From: the human T2T-CHM13v2.0 reference genome, Homo sapiens
DNA: 64,000 bases
Direction: 5' to 3' (one strand)
NCBI RefSeq assembly: GCF_009914755.1
Contig: NC_060926.1
Within the stretch, counting starts at the first letter, position 1, and every line of letters begins with the position of its first letter. Below the pieces are notes generated by a model. It did not search any database. It saw only the letters and a list, made by a program, of their open reading frames with translations, and was not told the DNA's origin. Positions 23,280 to 37,011 of this stretch are shown in pieces. The position numbers and the translations under genes were made by a program.

Positions 23280-24152
23280 ACTGTGAATTGCCCAGCCCCT
23301 GTCCATTGCCATGTCTTCCTTTTAAACATGAACCTCATTCTGTTCTAATACCCTTCACCTCTGTCCCGTGCAGTCACATGCCTCAGGGAAACCTGACCCT
23401 GCTCCCAGCCCCAGAAATGGGCCTGACTGGTCTAAAAGTAATCCCATTCCTCTTGTCAATGATCAGTTCATGAATGAGATGCAATTCTGGCCAATGAGAC
23501 ATGAAGGGAAACTTGAGGGGGGCATTTGGAAAAAAAAAATTCTCACTCCTAATAGAGAGCTCTAGAGGGGGAAATAATCTTTCATTTTCTTCTAGAAGTA
23601 TTTGGGCTTTGTTGTGATGGCTGGAACCGCTATAGCCATCTTCCTATCAGCCTGAGGATGCATGCAACACTTGTGACAGAACACTAGGGGTCTTGATGAT
23701 AATGGTGAGCCACTAAATCGATCAACACTGAAATCTTCCCACAGCTCTGAATTAAAAGAATGCATTCACAGTAGTCCCTTCTTAATGGCAAGGAACATGT
23801 TCCAAGACCCTCCAGTGGATGCCTGAAACCACCGATAGTACCAAACTCTAAATATCCTATGTTGTCCCTTATACATACACACCTATGATAAAATGTAATT
23901 TATAAATAAGGCACAAAAAGAGATGAACAACAATGGATAATAAAGTAGAGCAATTATAACAACATACTGTAATAAAAGTTCTGTGAATGTGGTCTCTGTC
24001 TCTCTCCAAATACCTTATTGTACTGTACTCACCTATTTTGGAACCACTGTTTCAGAAAGCAAAACAGCAGATAAAGAGAGACAAATGTACTTGTTATTAA
24101 AGACACTTTGAGTTGAGTTTTCTGTTACTTGCAGCCTAATACATCCAACTGA
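23280..24152 (+). mobile_element. Old ERVL/MaLR LTR (LTR16/LTR33/MLT1K-like) interrupted by MER44A
   Basis: 'caattctggccaatgagacatgaaggg', 'gctatagccatcttc', end 'gagttttctgttacttgcagcc...catccaactgata'. Confidence 0.65.
23769..24088 (+). mobile_element. MER44A (Tigger/TcMar DNA transposon derivative)
   Basis: 'cagtagtccc...ttccaagaccctccagtggatgcctgaaacc...gatagtacc...catacacacctatgataaa...tattgtactgtactcacctatttt' follows MER44A. Confidence 0.85.
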
Positions 24153-25160
24153 TAGGGTGGAGTTAAGAATACCTTCAAAGCATAATTGTAAGGGCCTGAG
24201 GAGATAAAATAGATAGAAATGCACTGTAAAATGTTAAGTAGCATATAAAACGAATATGTTTTTATTATTGAGTGCTTAATTCTCTGTCTTCCACATCTTC
24301 ATAAGTGTCATTTTTTTCAAGATCTTTAAAACAAAACAATTTCCAAATATAATTAATATTACCTCAACATAAGTGGAGAATGATAAGATAGCAAATAGAA
24401 AATTGATCCTGGGTTTTCTGTGATAACTGCAAGACCTGGCCAGCAGAATGGCCTGGCGCTCCTGTTACTGTCCTTGGCAGAAGTCCTACTCTGGCCCTTC
24501 CATCTAAGTGCCCAGACTAATTGAGCCTTTCATGAGTATTTCCTTTTACTACTTTACTTGTGCATCTGTGTATCATTTTCTTTCTGTTCTCCCTTAAACT
24601 CCCCATTGTAATCCCACTGACTAGAATGACACTCAATAGCAAAGGCAGGGATAATAAGGTCAAAATATAGTCTGAAATCAGCCCTGGACTCCTGCAGCTG
24701 CGCCACTTGCTAATTCACTTGGAACTTTATAGATGGCTTTTCTCTTTCCCATCACAGAGCAAATAACAATGCTGAGGAGGTTGAGATAGGACTGCACTCT
24801 GCTCCTCTCTGTGTACTATTTAATTCTAGGCATGTTTTCAGCTGGGGATTTATAGCAGAACAAGACAGTGCGTGAAATATCTTTCCTTTATTTTTAAATG
24901 ATTAGTAAGTAAGAATGTACCTCTAAGACAAAGGGGGTATATAAAGTCCAACTGCTTTTGCCAGCTGTGCCAATTTGCCTAATCCTAGAAATCTGTTATT
25001 ATCTCATTTTTAATCTCAAATATGAAGTTTAGTTTTAGGAGGATCTTTGCCTAACAGAAGGAACAATTGAGATGAAAATCTCTGATTCCTATGAAATACA
25101 CTGCTCTTGGAAAACTTTGCATGGATTTCTGATATACACAGAGATTTCTATGAAGTATGA

Positions 25161-25202
<42 letters not shown>
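25161..25202. repeat. (CA)n microsatellite, ~20 units
   Basis: Seen directly. Confidence 0.97.
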
Positions 25203-25204
<2 letters not shown>

Positions 25205-25364
25205 CAGATCCCAAGACTTCAAGAGACCTCAGAGCTAGAGCTACCTAGCCCAACACCTTCCTTGGAAAAAGTCAAGAGCCAAAAAGGCCAAATGACTTGC
25301 CAAATATCATACTTCCTGCCCAAGATTGCAGGCAACGGCAGTAAAAGGAATCACAATGACAGCC

Positions 25365-25600
25365 ATTATTAATTTAGTTCGTACTAAGTGCTTTGCATTC
25401 ATTAATTTAGGTCTCAGAATAACCCTATGTAGCTGGTGCTATTTATCCTAATTTTAGAAATGAGAAAGGGAAACCTTGGAGATACTAAATATTGTCCAAA
25501 ATCTAACAGCCAATGGTTTTGAAAACCAGTAAAGATAGTTTTCAGAGCTATAAGGCAACTCTAAAGTCTATGTGCATAGCCACCCTACCAGGCTATATAT
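25365..25600 (-). mobile_element. MIR SINE
   Basis: 'aataaccctatgtagctggtgctattt...attttagaaatgagaaa' antisense core. Confidence 0.6.
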
Positions 25601-26914
25601 TATACCAGAATCTAGTAGATGCTATCTTATTTTACCATACCAAGACGGCACCTATACTCAGAAGAAAATGGAAATAAAAGTAAGACATTATGTTTTAAAC
25701 TTTTATAGCTCTTTGTGGTTACTGAGTTCTAACTAATATTCACCCTATTATAGAGAAAAAAATGAGCCTCATAATATGATCTGAACCTACTTAATGGTTG
25801 TATATATTAAAATAGCTTCTAGACAAGATACAACCAGGTCTCTTTTCAAAATACAACATCCTCTTTCCTTAAAGCTCTAAAAGATTGTTAGAAACAAGAG
25901 TAGGCTTCTTTTTCTTCTTTAAGTATTAAAACGAAACACCTTGACTGTATCCTTTCAAATCTCCCCTATTTATCAGGCTGACATTTTGAAATTTGGGTTT
26001 GCTATGAAAATAGCTTATCCAATGAGAGAGCATTGTGTTGGGCCAATGTCTTTTTTGAGTGCTGTGACTCTCGGTTTCATTGTTCTGTTTTGCTGCAGAA
26101 TTATCATTGCTATTTTTGAATCACTGCTGTAGACTTGTCAGCTTTGAACCACTCCTCTTGGCTGCATGGGCTCCAGTCGCCTTTTCAATCCTACTGATGA
26201 GCCATCCCACGTGTAATATTTTTATGGCTTCTCATCTATTTATAATTGCTTCTCAAAAACTAGAAAATTGTGTTTGTGCCCTACTTTTTTCCCCAACCTA
26301 CATTACCCCTCTGACTGAAGTAATAACCTGTCATGCTTAAACAATTAGCGTAATGCAGAGGACACTCGGGCCTCCTATACAGTGCTAATGGATCTCCAAA
26401 TGTGGCTTTAAAAAGTCAGATAAAAATGTGTTTTACATGGGCCAGTGCTGGATTTTGGCAAACCACCTTTACACACACGTTGCTGACATAGGATCATCAC
26501 GTTGGGTGCTTCCCAAGGGGTGGCAAGCTTCCTCCACCTGAAGTCTGAGACTCAGCAGGGAGATGCCTATGTCTCAAAAACACTACTAGTACATACATCA
26601 GAATTGTCATTTTATGCTTAGTGTGACATTATAATAGTATAATGTCCATGTCTTCTAACCAATGCTGATTTCCTGAATATGGTTCTAAGACACATTTCTG
26701 GCTTTAATCATGCAAGACTTGCTCTCATTTATTCACTCATTTACTCATTCATTCATTCACTAACTCAAGTATTGATGAGCAAAGTTTCCCAAGGCCCTTA
26801 TTCCATAATATTCCCAATTTAAGAACTATATTATCAAACATTTCTGCATTGAATTCTGAACCTCTATCTTTTAATAAAAATGTAAATAATGGATGACATT
26901 TGTAAGTTCTTAGG

Positions 26915-27160
26915 GAGAAGCAGCATAATACAGATGTTAAGAGCATGGACTCTGGAGCCAGCGTACATGAGCTTGAATTTTAACTTTGCCACGTAACTAG
27001 CTATGTGATCTTAGGGAGACTACTCAACCCCTCTGGGCCTCAGTTTCCTTACCTGTAAAATGGGAATAATTATAGTATCTTTTTTTCATATGGTTGTTAT
27101 GAGGATTAAATTAGTAAATGCAAGAAAAGCTCTTAAAACAGAGCACACATTAAGTGCTTC
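26915..27160 (+). mobile_element. MIR SINE
   Basis: 'gttaagagcatggactctggagcca...ctatgtgatcttaggg...gcctcagtttccttacctgtaaaatggg'. Confidence 0.85.
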
Positions 27161-27161
27161 T

Positions 27162-27390
27162 TGTTATTATGCATCAAGCACTGTGCTAAGCATGTCACAT
27201 AAATTATCTCAATTTAATCTATAACAGAGGGATTTTAAAAAATCCAAGTTTAGAAATGAGAAAACCAAGGCCTTAGAAAGGTTCAGTAACCTGCCCTAGG
27301 CTGCGCAGGTATAGTTAGGAGTAGAGCCAAGATTCTAACTCAGGCATTCTGTGAACAGAGCCCATTTGCTTAAGAACTCTGCTATACAGC
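27162..27390 (-). mobile_element. MIR SINE, tail-to-tail with the previous one
   Basis: 'ttagaaatgagaaaaccaaggccttagaaaggttcagtaacctgccctagg...gagccaagattctaactcagg'. Confidence 0.75.
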
Positions 27391-28164
27391 CCTGACATCA
27401 AGCTTTCCAACCAACCTGGGTTAGGTCACATGTGGTGTGATTTGACTTAGCTTGGGCTCAGTTTATGAAATTATTATAAAAGTAAATAGCCCTTTAGAGA
27501 GTGTAGCTCTCTAACCAGCAGCATGGCCTCATGTATAAAACTGAGGGAACTTGACTATCTTCATTAATTTCTTTTTACTTTGCCAGGATTCTTATTGGTG
27601 ACCGTAGAATTTTTCTGCACTCTGAAAGAGGAATTTAGCAGCAAGGAAAATTGACCTTACTAAATTGGTTGGTATTCATGAAGCAGTTTTATTGAAATAG
27701 AACCGAATCACATCAAGGGTTGAAAATGCCCTTTTCAAGTCCTTTAAGTACACACATATATAGATAGATTCAAAGACAAATCCTTGTAATTCCTAATGGA
27801 TATGGTATGGAAATAGATGCTGAAAAATAACATGCAGATAATGAAATGATGAACTGTTCTGTTATCTCCTCTGAAAAATTCAAACTTTTCCCTCCTTCTG
27901 TGCATACAACATGCAGCAGGAGTGGAGCAGGGCCATGATTTTGCCGGCAGGCTTCACATCCTTCAGGGACCGCCTGACCGTCACACTGCGTAGTTTTACA
28001 TCCCATCAAATAGATTTTCTTTGTTCAGAAAATAAACATGGGCCTTTTCACATATTGTTTGGCCAGTTATTTTAATTAGAGTAATGTGAGACATTAATTA
28101 TGACTATCTCTGTTGGGTAGAGAAAAAGTAACTCAAGGAAAAATTAATAACAACACAAATAGTT

Positions 28165-28855
28165 GAAATAATAGTTAACTTTTTTTGAGTGCTTTCTGTA
28201 TGCCAAACATTTTCCATACATTATCTAATTTAATTCTTACAACTCTAGAAGTAGGTATTGTTATTATCTCTATATTATAGACAAGGGAATTGAACTGAGG
28301 TGCAGAGAGTTGAAGTATCTTACCTAAATGAGGCAAGGACAGCTAACTTTTCACCAAAATTTTTGCACCATCATCCGTAAAATCAAGCTGTCTATGAGAA
28401 GCAGCTGCCCAACAAGGGGATACATTTTTCAGCTTCCCGTTCTTCTTGGTGAAGGCATGTGATTAGTCCTTGCCAATAGAAAGCAGTGGGAGGGATGTCT
28501 GTGTCTCCCAAGTCAGTAATTACTGACTGTGCCTTCTCCACACTCCCTACTTAACGCTGATTGAATGCAGAAGATACTGAGGTTGTAGAAGGCAGAAGAG
28601 CCACAAGAAGAAGAATTCCCATCTCTGAATCACCACATAGAAGACTGCTCATCAGGAACACCAGCACTGGATTGTTATATGAGTGAGAGATAAAATTCTA
28701 TTGTGTCAAAGTACACATAACTTGGGGTGTATTTGTTACAGCAACCAGCATTATTACCCTAACTAGTACATAAGCCTATCCTGGAGGAGCCAGAAAGCAA
28801 ATCAAGGGATTCTAGCTCCAGAGTCCACATTTGTAACCACTCTGCTCAACTGCTT
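28165..28855 (-). mobile_element. MIR split by an MLT1 LTR
   Basis: MIR antisense 28165-28330 resumes near 28770 ('ctccagagtccacatttgtaaccact'). Confidence 0.65.
28335..28770 (+). mobile_element. Old MaLR LTR (MLT1G/H/I-like)
   Basis: 'gagccacaagaagaagaattccc...tctctgaatcaccac...gagtgagagataaaattctattgtgt...ttgttacagca...ccctaactagtaca'. Confidence 0.7.
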
Positions 28856-31800
28856 CTCAGCAAAGGAGGCAGTAAGTGCTTCACTCCAGTTCATTCATGG
28901 CAGAAATGCAAAGAGAGATAGAGCTGAGACCAAGTCTAAAGTGTTCTTTTGAGGAGAGTGTCTCACTGCGTTGTATTTATCTTTGGCCATTTTGTGTCAA
29001 AAAACTTCTACATTATCTTGAAATGCTGCTCACAGGAAGTTAACATTTCTTTTCATTCTTTAAATACAATGTCAGCTCAGATTTCTGAAAACCCACCAAA
29101 AATGGCATGATTTGAGAAAGTAAAATAAAATACTTATTCGATGTATATTCCTGAGTGAATTAAGTAATTTTCGATTCTCTAAAATTGAGAAGTGTGCCCC
29201 TATGCAGCCACACTCAAAGCCCATAGCACAGACTGGAAGGTGACACACACCAATGGACTTAGGTGCTAACTAAACTCAAGCAATCTGGATTTTCCAGCTC
29301 TTGCCCCATGCCACCCCCACGCTTTCTCTCAACCATCATAGTTACCCAGGCCAATGCATACCTTTTTTATGGGCTAAATTTCCTGGATGGTTATAATTTT
29401 AAAATCTCTGGCCTCAGAGTGCTGTAATTACCTCCTGATGATGTAATTAGCAACAAAATTTAACGGAGTATCATGGGACACCTAGAACCTTTCCAAATGC
29501 ATCCACCTCATTTATAAAGGGTTTTGAACCACTTCCACAACCAACTACCCATAAAACCGAGGCTCCCAAGGTGACAGAATTCACCCACTCTTAGTGAACA
29601 CTGCACACTGACCTATGCAATAACATTAGGTTGAAGAATATTATAAATGTTGTCAGTGACCAGTAACTCACAAGCAGTCTCATTACCTTACCAGCGGTGA
29701 AGGCAGGTGTGCTGAAGTTAGCACCCTGGGATACATTAGACATGATGTAGAGAATTAGTCATTAGTCCCCATCAGGCGTGTTTTTTTCCCACTGTGGAGG
29801 ATTTAACACGAGAGCTCCAGTGTGAGCTGAGTCTTTCTCTGGCAGCTTAGACGCTGCCTAATGAGAGCAATGCAGACTAGCTCTGAGTTCACATGAGATG
29901 GGGATTGTCTTTTCAACCCTGCCGTCACCTGCCACCCCCATCACAGGGAAGGTTGCCAAAGGAGAATCCGGGCACAGTCCTAACATGATGTAAAGGCCCA
30001 TTCAAACAGCTAGGTGTTCAGCACACATATCTTCTGCCTAGTTTGGGTCTGTTTGCTTTTCCACAGTTTAAAGACTTCAAAATGTGAATGAAAGAAACTG
30101 ATCAGTAGGTAATTTGGCATGTGTTAAAGGAGAGTTTTGTGGCACCAGGCATAACAATGTTAAACAACAGCAAAATTCTATAATCTGATAACAATTTCAC
30201 CTCATCATTGAAGAAGTAGCTGCTGAATTTTGGAAGTCCATTGGGATTCTTTGGAAACTTCTAGAGTTAGCGTAGTAGATCAATGGCCTTGAGGCCTTAA
30301 ATAGAACTTGGGTATACCGATGAGCAAGCCAAGTGCCTAGTTTTTATTGCTGGGATGAGTTCTGACATTTAAGGTCTTCCGTGACTTAGAATGTAATGAG
30401 ACAACTGCTCCTAAGTAGAGGAATTATGCAGAAATGATATATGACTTGCCTAGAGAGAAAAGTATCCCAGCAGAGAATGTGAGATGGAATATAATCTGGC
30501 CCCATTAGAAATCTCTGTAAGAGTAAAGAACGGATTTAATGTTGAATGGGAAATTGAAATACTATATTTCTCAAAATGAAGGCAAAATTCAAAGTTTCAA
30601 TGTTCTACCTGAACCTGACTTGAGTGTGGCCTCTAAATGATAAAACTGAACTGAGGATCCTGGTAGAAATTCCTTGGAAAGTAAACGCTCCTGCTACCTT
30701 TCACTCAGGGCTCTCTTGAACATTGACACCCCCTTGAGGTGGAAAAACTGGTTTTAATATTGGAGTCATCTTTTACTAGCTATCTTTATCCAGGTGTTTA
30801 TCTCCTCTGAGTCTCATCTGGAAAACAGAAATAATATCCTCTCAATTTACTTCTCAGATACGGAGATTGCATAAGGCAATGTAGGAGATTCCACTTTAAA
30901 AAGTGAAAGAACAGCCCTTTCCTAAGTCAGAGAGAGGAGAGGAGCCCATATAGTGATAGCTTTAAGCCCTACTCACGGAAATGGCCTTGACCCTTGGCAG
31001 AGTAAGAGTGTGTTTTAAAGGCCAAAGAGTTATAGAAATGATCTGACTTTATACACCAGGTGTTGTATGGCAAACACTAGTCTGAGTGAGGAGATACTAA
31101 AATGTGTTATGGGGAAATAAATGGTACAGCTAGTATACATGGCCTGTCCTTCTGAAGTAAGGTGCAGGTTCAGAATGTTTCTTTAGAGGAAGAGTGGCAG
31201 AGGCAACATAGAAATCCATCATCATAATGATATATCCACTTCCTTCCTGGTGAATAAAAATGGTGTCTCCTTTAGAAAGTGATCCATGAGTCATGTCCCA
31301 CCTCTGGCTCCATCAGGTGGACATGAGTTAGAAATTCCCATGGCTCCTCCTTCACTACCCACCCTCTCTTGCTCACCGTGTGAATTCCTTGAGCTACATA
31401 CCAACAAGAGTCTTTCAATAGCTCTCTCCCGCATTATTGCAGCAGCCTGTAAAGTCTCCTCGTTGCTAGAGATGCCACCTCGAATGCTTTCCTATTCTGA
31501 AATACCACATTAAGGAAAATCCATGATTCTCCTTTTATGCCAGTTAAGGGCATCTATAGTGGCCCTCATTCACCTTTCAAAGTTTTCCCAATTCAATGAA
31601 TGCTTTATTCAAGGTAAACATGTTTTCCAAACATACAGCATATGTCCCGACCTCCCTGACTTTGCCTATACTGCTTCCCTCCTCTTTTTGAGGTGTGACA
31701 ACCAAACCAAAAGTGTGGTCTTGAGGGTGCCTTATACCTGCCCATATTATTTCCTTCCAACAATGTCCTGCTGAAATGTGTCTCCTACATTAAGCATTTT

Positions 31801-31879
31801 GAAACCCCCTAGTGGCATTCATCCTTCTCCAATGGTTCTTTAGATTTTGCTCAGAACAGTTAGATTTTTCCCTTGTAAC

Positions 31880-32035
31880 ACAGTTATTTCTATGCTTGCT
31901 GTATTCCATCTTCCAGACTGTAAATTCTTTTAGTTCAGGGAACTGTGCCTTACCTTTATTTCCTATAATTATCTAATTCAGTAGGTGTTCAATATTTGTT
32001 AAGTGGATGGATGTATTAACGAATAAATGAATGAA
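31880..32035 (+). mobile_element. L2 3' end
   Basis: 'ccagactgtaaattc...gtaggtgttcaatatttgttaagtggatggatg...aatgaatgaa'. Confidence 0.6.
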
Positions 32036-35000
32036 GTCTTACCTTTCTTCCTTTGCTCATGCCGTTCTACATTAAATGGTTTGTCATTGGCCTCAAAATA
32101 CCAGCCATCCTTTAAAGTCGAGCTCAAGGCTTATTTGTTCCATAAGGCTTTCCTCAAACTACTTCAGACCCCACCAATCCCTCTGCTGTATTTATAGTCT
32201 ATATGTCAAGCATCCAGACAGGTGCTCTCCTAAATGTTCACTATCTACTTGAAGAACACTGGTCTTGCTCCTCTAAAACAGTCTTAATTCTGAACTCCAT
32301 GGATAGGATGAGAGAGACCATGAACTCTTTTAAAACTAAATGCAATTGTTTTTAATGCTCAGGTGCACTAGAGTGTCCAAATCTCCATGGCTCAAAACAG
32401 GTTAAAGAACCACTGTCCCATAAGCTCCTTTCTTAGAGCAGAGATGGAGTATGTCCTGGACATCTTTTCTACTTCCCTCAGTAGCTAGCCAAGTGCTGGA
32501 CTCTCTTTAAATGATTGAAGCATCCCCTTGATGAGACCAATGTCTCTTGACTTCCACCATGTCCCACCTAGCACAGCACCAAGCCTGGGAGGTGGCTGGC
32601 AGAGCTTCATAATGGCATTGCAAGTAGGCAAGCAAATAACTCAGGAGTGTGGTGAACTAATGCCTGCATTAGGATGGTAGAAAAGCGCCTGGCCTAATGG
32701 TGTTATCTTTCTTTTGAAATTCTATTATCAGACGGGTCAGGCAATGGCAATGCTGCAGGAAAGCATGAGCCCTGGGTAGTTTTGGGTCGTTAAAAATTAA
32801 ACCTGTAAACGGGTTGATCTCCTCTGGAGGAGGGCCTGGCGCAGCCCTGGAGGCTCTGGGCTGAATCCTCACCACTGCTCCATCTCCTCCCTTTCTGCCT
32901 TGCCTGGCCTGCTCTGGCCACCTTGACGCCTCACAGCAGCACCAGGTCTGGAAAGCACCGGAACCCGTATGTGTTGAATTAATATAAAATAAACTTTATA
33001 AAGCATAGTGCTTTAGAGAGGTAGTGTTAGCAAAGACATGTCAAAATGTTCACTTGGGGTTGAACAGCAGGACAAAATAAGATATGTTACCAGCTCGAAT
33101 GCTTTTATATATATAAAAAGATCTATGGAGTCCTTTTAAGTTACAAATGATGACTTAAGCTATTTAACAAAAAGGTTGGTTTTAAACAACAAAACAAAAC
33201 AGAGGAGGTACAATTGATGATTTTTGTTTTAACAAGCTGAATTCCTCCTGGCTTCTCCTGGCTTAAGTCGTGGTTTGTGTTACCAACCAAAAAAATTATA
33301 AGCAGCTAGTGCAATCGTGGTTTCGATAAAACTCTCTGAAGTAATGATGATCCCACCTTATTTAGACAAGTCAGGGGTCAATATGGCCTTATTTGCTTCT
33401 GTTTTTCATTAGTGGCACTCTCTCTGTGTAGCATCACACTTCCTACCAGCTCCTTGAATACACAGAGGATTCATGCTTCAGTTCTGCATGTATTAAGAAT
33501 GCAGCCATAGCAACTACTAGCATTAATGAACTATTTGCTTATGCAGTAATAATTAACTTCCATTACATTACTTTGTGTGATTACTTTCTTAATTGCCTGA
33601 ATTATGCATCCATTTAATATTTAATAACCATTCTCAGAAATCAGACACTGGTAAAAAACAAATTGCTCACAGTTTCCTTGCAATAATTAAGCTCACAAGA
33701 ATAAATGAAACCTTTTAAAAACAAATGCCTTGTGATTATATCCTTGCATGTAGAACAAGATCCTAAATTAGTTATTTATTAAATCTAAATTTTAGTCCAA
33801 ATAGTGCATTTTTCATTTTCACCTCGGGAAATCAACCTGCACAGTACCTGATTTCAACAACAGAATTAAGTGCCTTCTATTTTCTTTGGGAGTCACAAAC
33901 TGCGTTAATATTTATTACCATGCAAAATTCAAAAGTACTTAAAATATTGTGTGTTTATATTTATTTCAACTTGGCATCTCTTTTACACAAGGTAAGTAAG
34001 ATGTTTAGGTGGAGATTAAAGTGTTATGAAACGAGATCAATAGCTCTCCATTAAGATGGGCTATTGTGAGCCTCCCCATTATTCTGCTTCCTAACCACCC
34101 CGCCCCTGACACACACATACTCACACACAAACCCAAGCCCAACCATTCACCTCATTGAAAACACACATATGCAATCTGTTTTTAACCAAGCAGAAGGAGA
34201 CTCATGGCAATTTATCCTCATACATTTTCACTCACAACCAGGCAGTTTGATCTTGCCTTTCCAACTCGCCAGCTAGAGCTCTTAGAACCCCCGTGCCCTT
34301 CTGCTGGCACCCAAGCAAAGCCACATGCTGATTTGCAAAGTGATAATGCTATTATCCTATTGTACATCAGCTTCAGTTCCCTCCGGCTTGCAAAGTCATC
34401 ACTGTTTTAACAAATAAAACGTGCAACTGCTTTATCGCGGGTTTTCTTGGTGAATAGATTCTATTGAATCTGGACAAGACAGCTTTCTTTTTTTTTCTTC
34501 CTGGGACTGCATCTGCAAAATTGTTCTGCCATTCCACATTGATTATGGCAGCTATGTACAGACGTGTTTATCTGAACCATAACCATGTTAGGCTTAAGCT
34601 ACAGGGACACTGGGATATTATTTACCCACTGTTACCCTGTGCATACATAATATACACAAAATAATGTGTGTCGCATGAAAAGAGGGAGGGAAAGTTTAAA
34701 GCATTTTGTACCAAATGGGCTCATCCAGAAAAATAAGTGCAGCCTAAGAAATTACATATGGAGTGCCAAGTGAGTAACTGAGATGAACCATTTTCCTACC
34801 AGCGAGGAGAATCTTTTTCCAAGGCATGGAAATAGCCATGGGGAAGGGGTAGCACTGGGGACGGGGTTGATTTGTGGAGAAAAACTGGAGTTTAGGGTGT
34901 TGCAAGTCAACAATGGCTGTTATTCTGAGTTTCTAAACTGAGCTAAATTGATGCCAATCTTGCTGACTGTTGTTACAGTGGGCAGAGTCATTAGGATTTG

Positions 35001-36699
35001 CTTTTTAAATGATCTCTCAGCCTGTAAGGCTGAGAGCTGCTAGCAAGGCAAGGTTAGAGAGAAAATGATAGCAGTATGTTGATGCTTCACAGACCTCATG
35101 ATAGTTTCCGTCTGTCATTATTTACGTCTGACTAGATGCGTCATGTCAGCTACCTAGAAGGCACTTTAATATGAAGCTCTTGTTTGCCTCCGCTCTTGCG
35201 CAGCCAGACTGGGATACTATTATTTTTGCATCACTACACTTAGGTGAAGCTTGCTTCAATCTTTCAGTAATGACACACAAAAGAAGTAAAAATGGTTGTG
35301 TCCAAGTTATTATACATGCTTGTATTCTAACAGGCCTCGTCAGCATTGCTCAGAAAAAGAAAAAAGTGAATTTAAATCAATAAACAGACATTTATTAAAA
35401 GGTCAGCTTAATTCTATTTGTTCCAGCTCCTTTGCCAACATTTTAGGTAAAACTATTTTTCTTTGGCTTTGGATTAGTGTCATTGTTATTGGATGGAATC
35501 ACTTAGGGGGAAGCTATAGAATGAATATTTGATCAAATTTGCTCATGTTGCTTAATATCATCTTATATCATTTTTATAAATTTTATCAGCATCACTGTAA
35601 ATAAAGCCACATGAAAAGCTTTCATTTTGTATCTATATTATTGGCATCACTAAGGACACATTTTTAAACAATGTGCATTTATCTGAAAACTATATATAGA
35701 GAGAGAAAGGCCTAATAACAGTGATTCTGAAATCCAAGATGGCTATTTTATACATCAGAAAAAAAATACTATTATGGCAAAAAATGAACGAGGATATTGA
35801 TGTTTTCTTTCATCAAGATTGTCTTAACAAATGAAGCTACCACTATTCTATAACTGTCCCTAGCAGAGAAAAGAAATGTTAATTGAAGATATTCTAGAAT
35901 GTTGAAATTTATTGACACCATTTCATACTGAAAACTGCAACATAGTTTTAGCAGGAGGCACATTTTAACAATGCCAAAATATTCTAGGTGACTTTTTCTT
36001 TGTGCTTTAAAAAATATAATAAATATAAGCAGATTTTAGTATGAATGAAACAATCTACAAATATATTTGTAAATACAAAAGCATATAAAGATATACAATA
36101 CATCAGTAATAACACATAAACAGTTTGCAATTTTTTATATGCATAATTTAGTACAAAGGCTTGAAAAGGTACAATTTTAAAAATAAAATAACTCACATAG
36201 ACTCATGTAGACATTTTTTAAAATGTGCCTTAGGAATGACATGTTTATAAAGTTTCCACCAAGATTCTATATTTAAACAGTAAATAGCATTGTCACATCC
36301 GGAAAATGAGTTATTACTCTGAATTAAGAAATTTAGATAATAGAGAGAAAAAAATGCACAACCATTCTGCCTTCTGAACTTTAAGCATTTAACAGAATAT
36401 CATGACTGCTGCAGTGTTAACTGAACAGATTTCTATCAAAAGTCTGGGGCATTCTGAATTAGCTGGAGATGGCTAGTACTTGATCTCCTTATTTTGACAG
36501 AATAAGTGCTTATATTCTTGAAGTCTTCACAAGCCATGTAAGCATAAAAGTGTGATGATGGAGATCTCTTTTCCGTTTTAAAGATCAGATGCCAGCTTCA
36601 TGAGATGATATTTTCAGGTTGATGCATTTGTGTTTGTGGCATATTTTTATAAATTTCAAGTATAATGCTTTGTCAGGACTAAATGAAATGCCCTGTGCA

Positions 36700-36771
36700 T
36701 ACATATATATACATGCATATATATACACATGTATATATGTGTGTATATATATATGTGTGTGTATATATATA
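36700..36771. repeat. (TA)/(TG)/(CA) compound microsatellite
   Basis: Seen directly. Confidence 0.9.
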
Positions 36772-36992
36772 TTAGAATGCCTTATAATTTGCATTTTTAA
36801 CCACTGGGCTCTCATAAACTACTATGACAAATACAGTAATTTGAAATGGAATCAATCACATTCTCTCAATCCCTTAAAATGTTTAAATAGTTACATTACA
36901 GCACATATGTTAAAATACTTTTTTACAAAATGGTTTGCCCAAGGCATTTTTCTTACCTCTTGCCCAAGCTACATGTGAGTTATGGCAAAAAA

Positions 36993-37011
36993 TGAACAGT
37001 AGGTGGCAGTC
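36993..37011 (+). promoter_or_regulatory. Candidate CTCF motif
   Basis: TGAACAGTAGGTGGCAGTC versus consensus CCASYAGRKGGCRS, one core mismatch; motif match only. Confidence 0.35.

Noticed and set aside
26915-27390. Inverted MIR pair as a hairpin RNA
   Set aside because: Tail-to-tail MIRs are common and these are too diverged for a stable duplex.
27590-28009. Possible exon (polypyrimidine-AG near 27586; 79-aa minus-strand ORF)
   Set aside because: No recognisable protein similarity and no consistent acceptor/donor pair in one orientation.
36595-36690. Possible last coding exon upstream of the 3'UTR-like region
   Set aside because: Minus-strand frames are short or stop-interrupted and lack a convincing acceptor.
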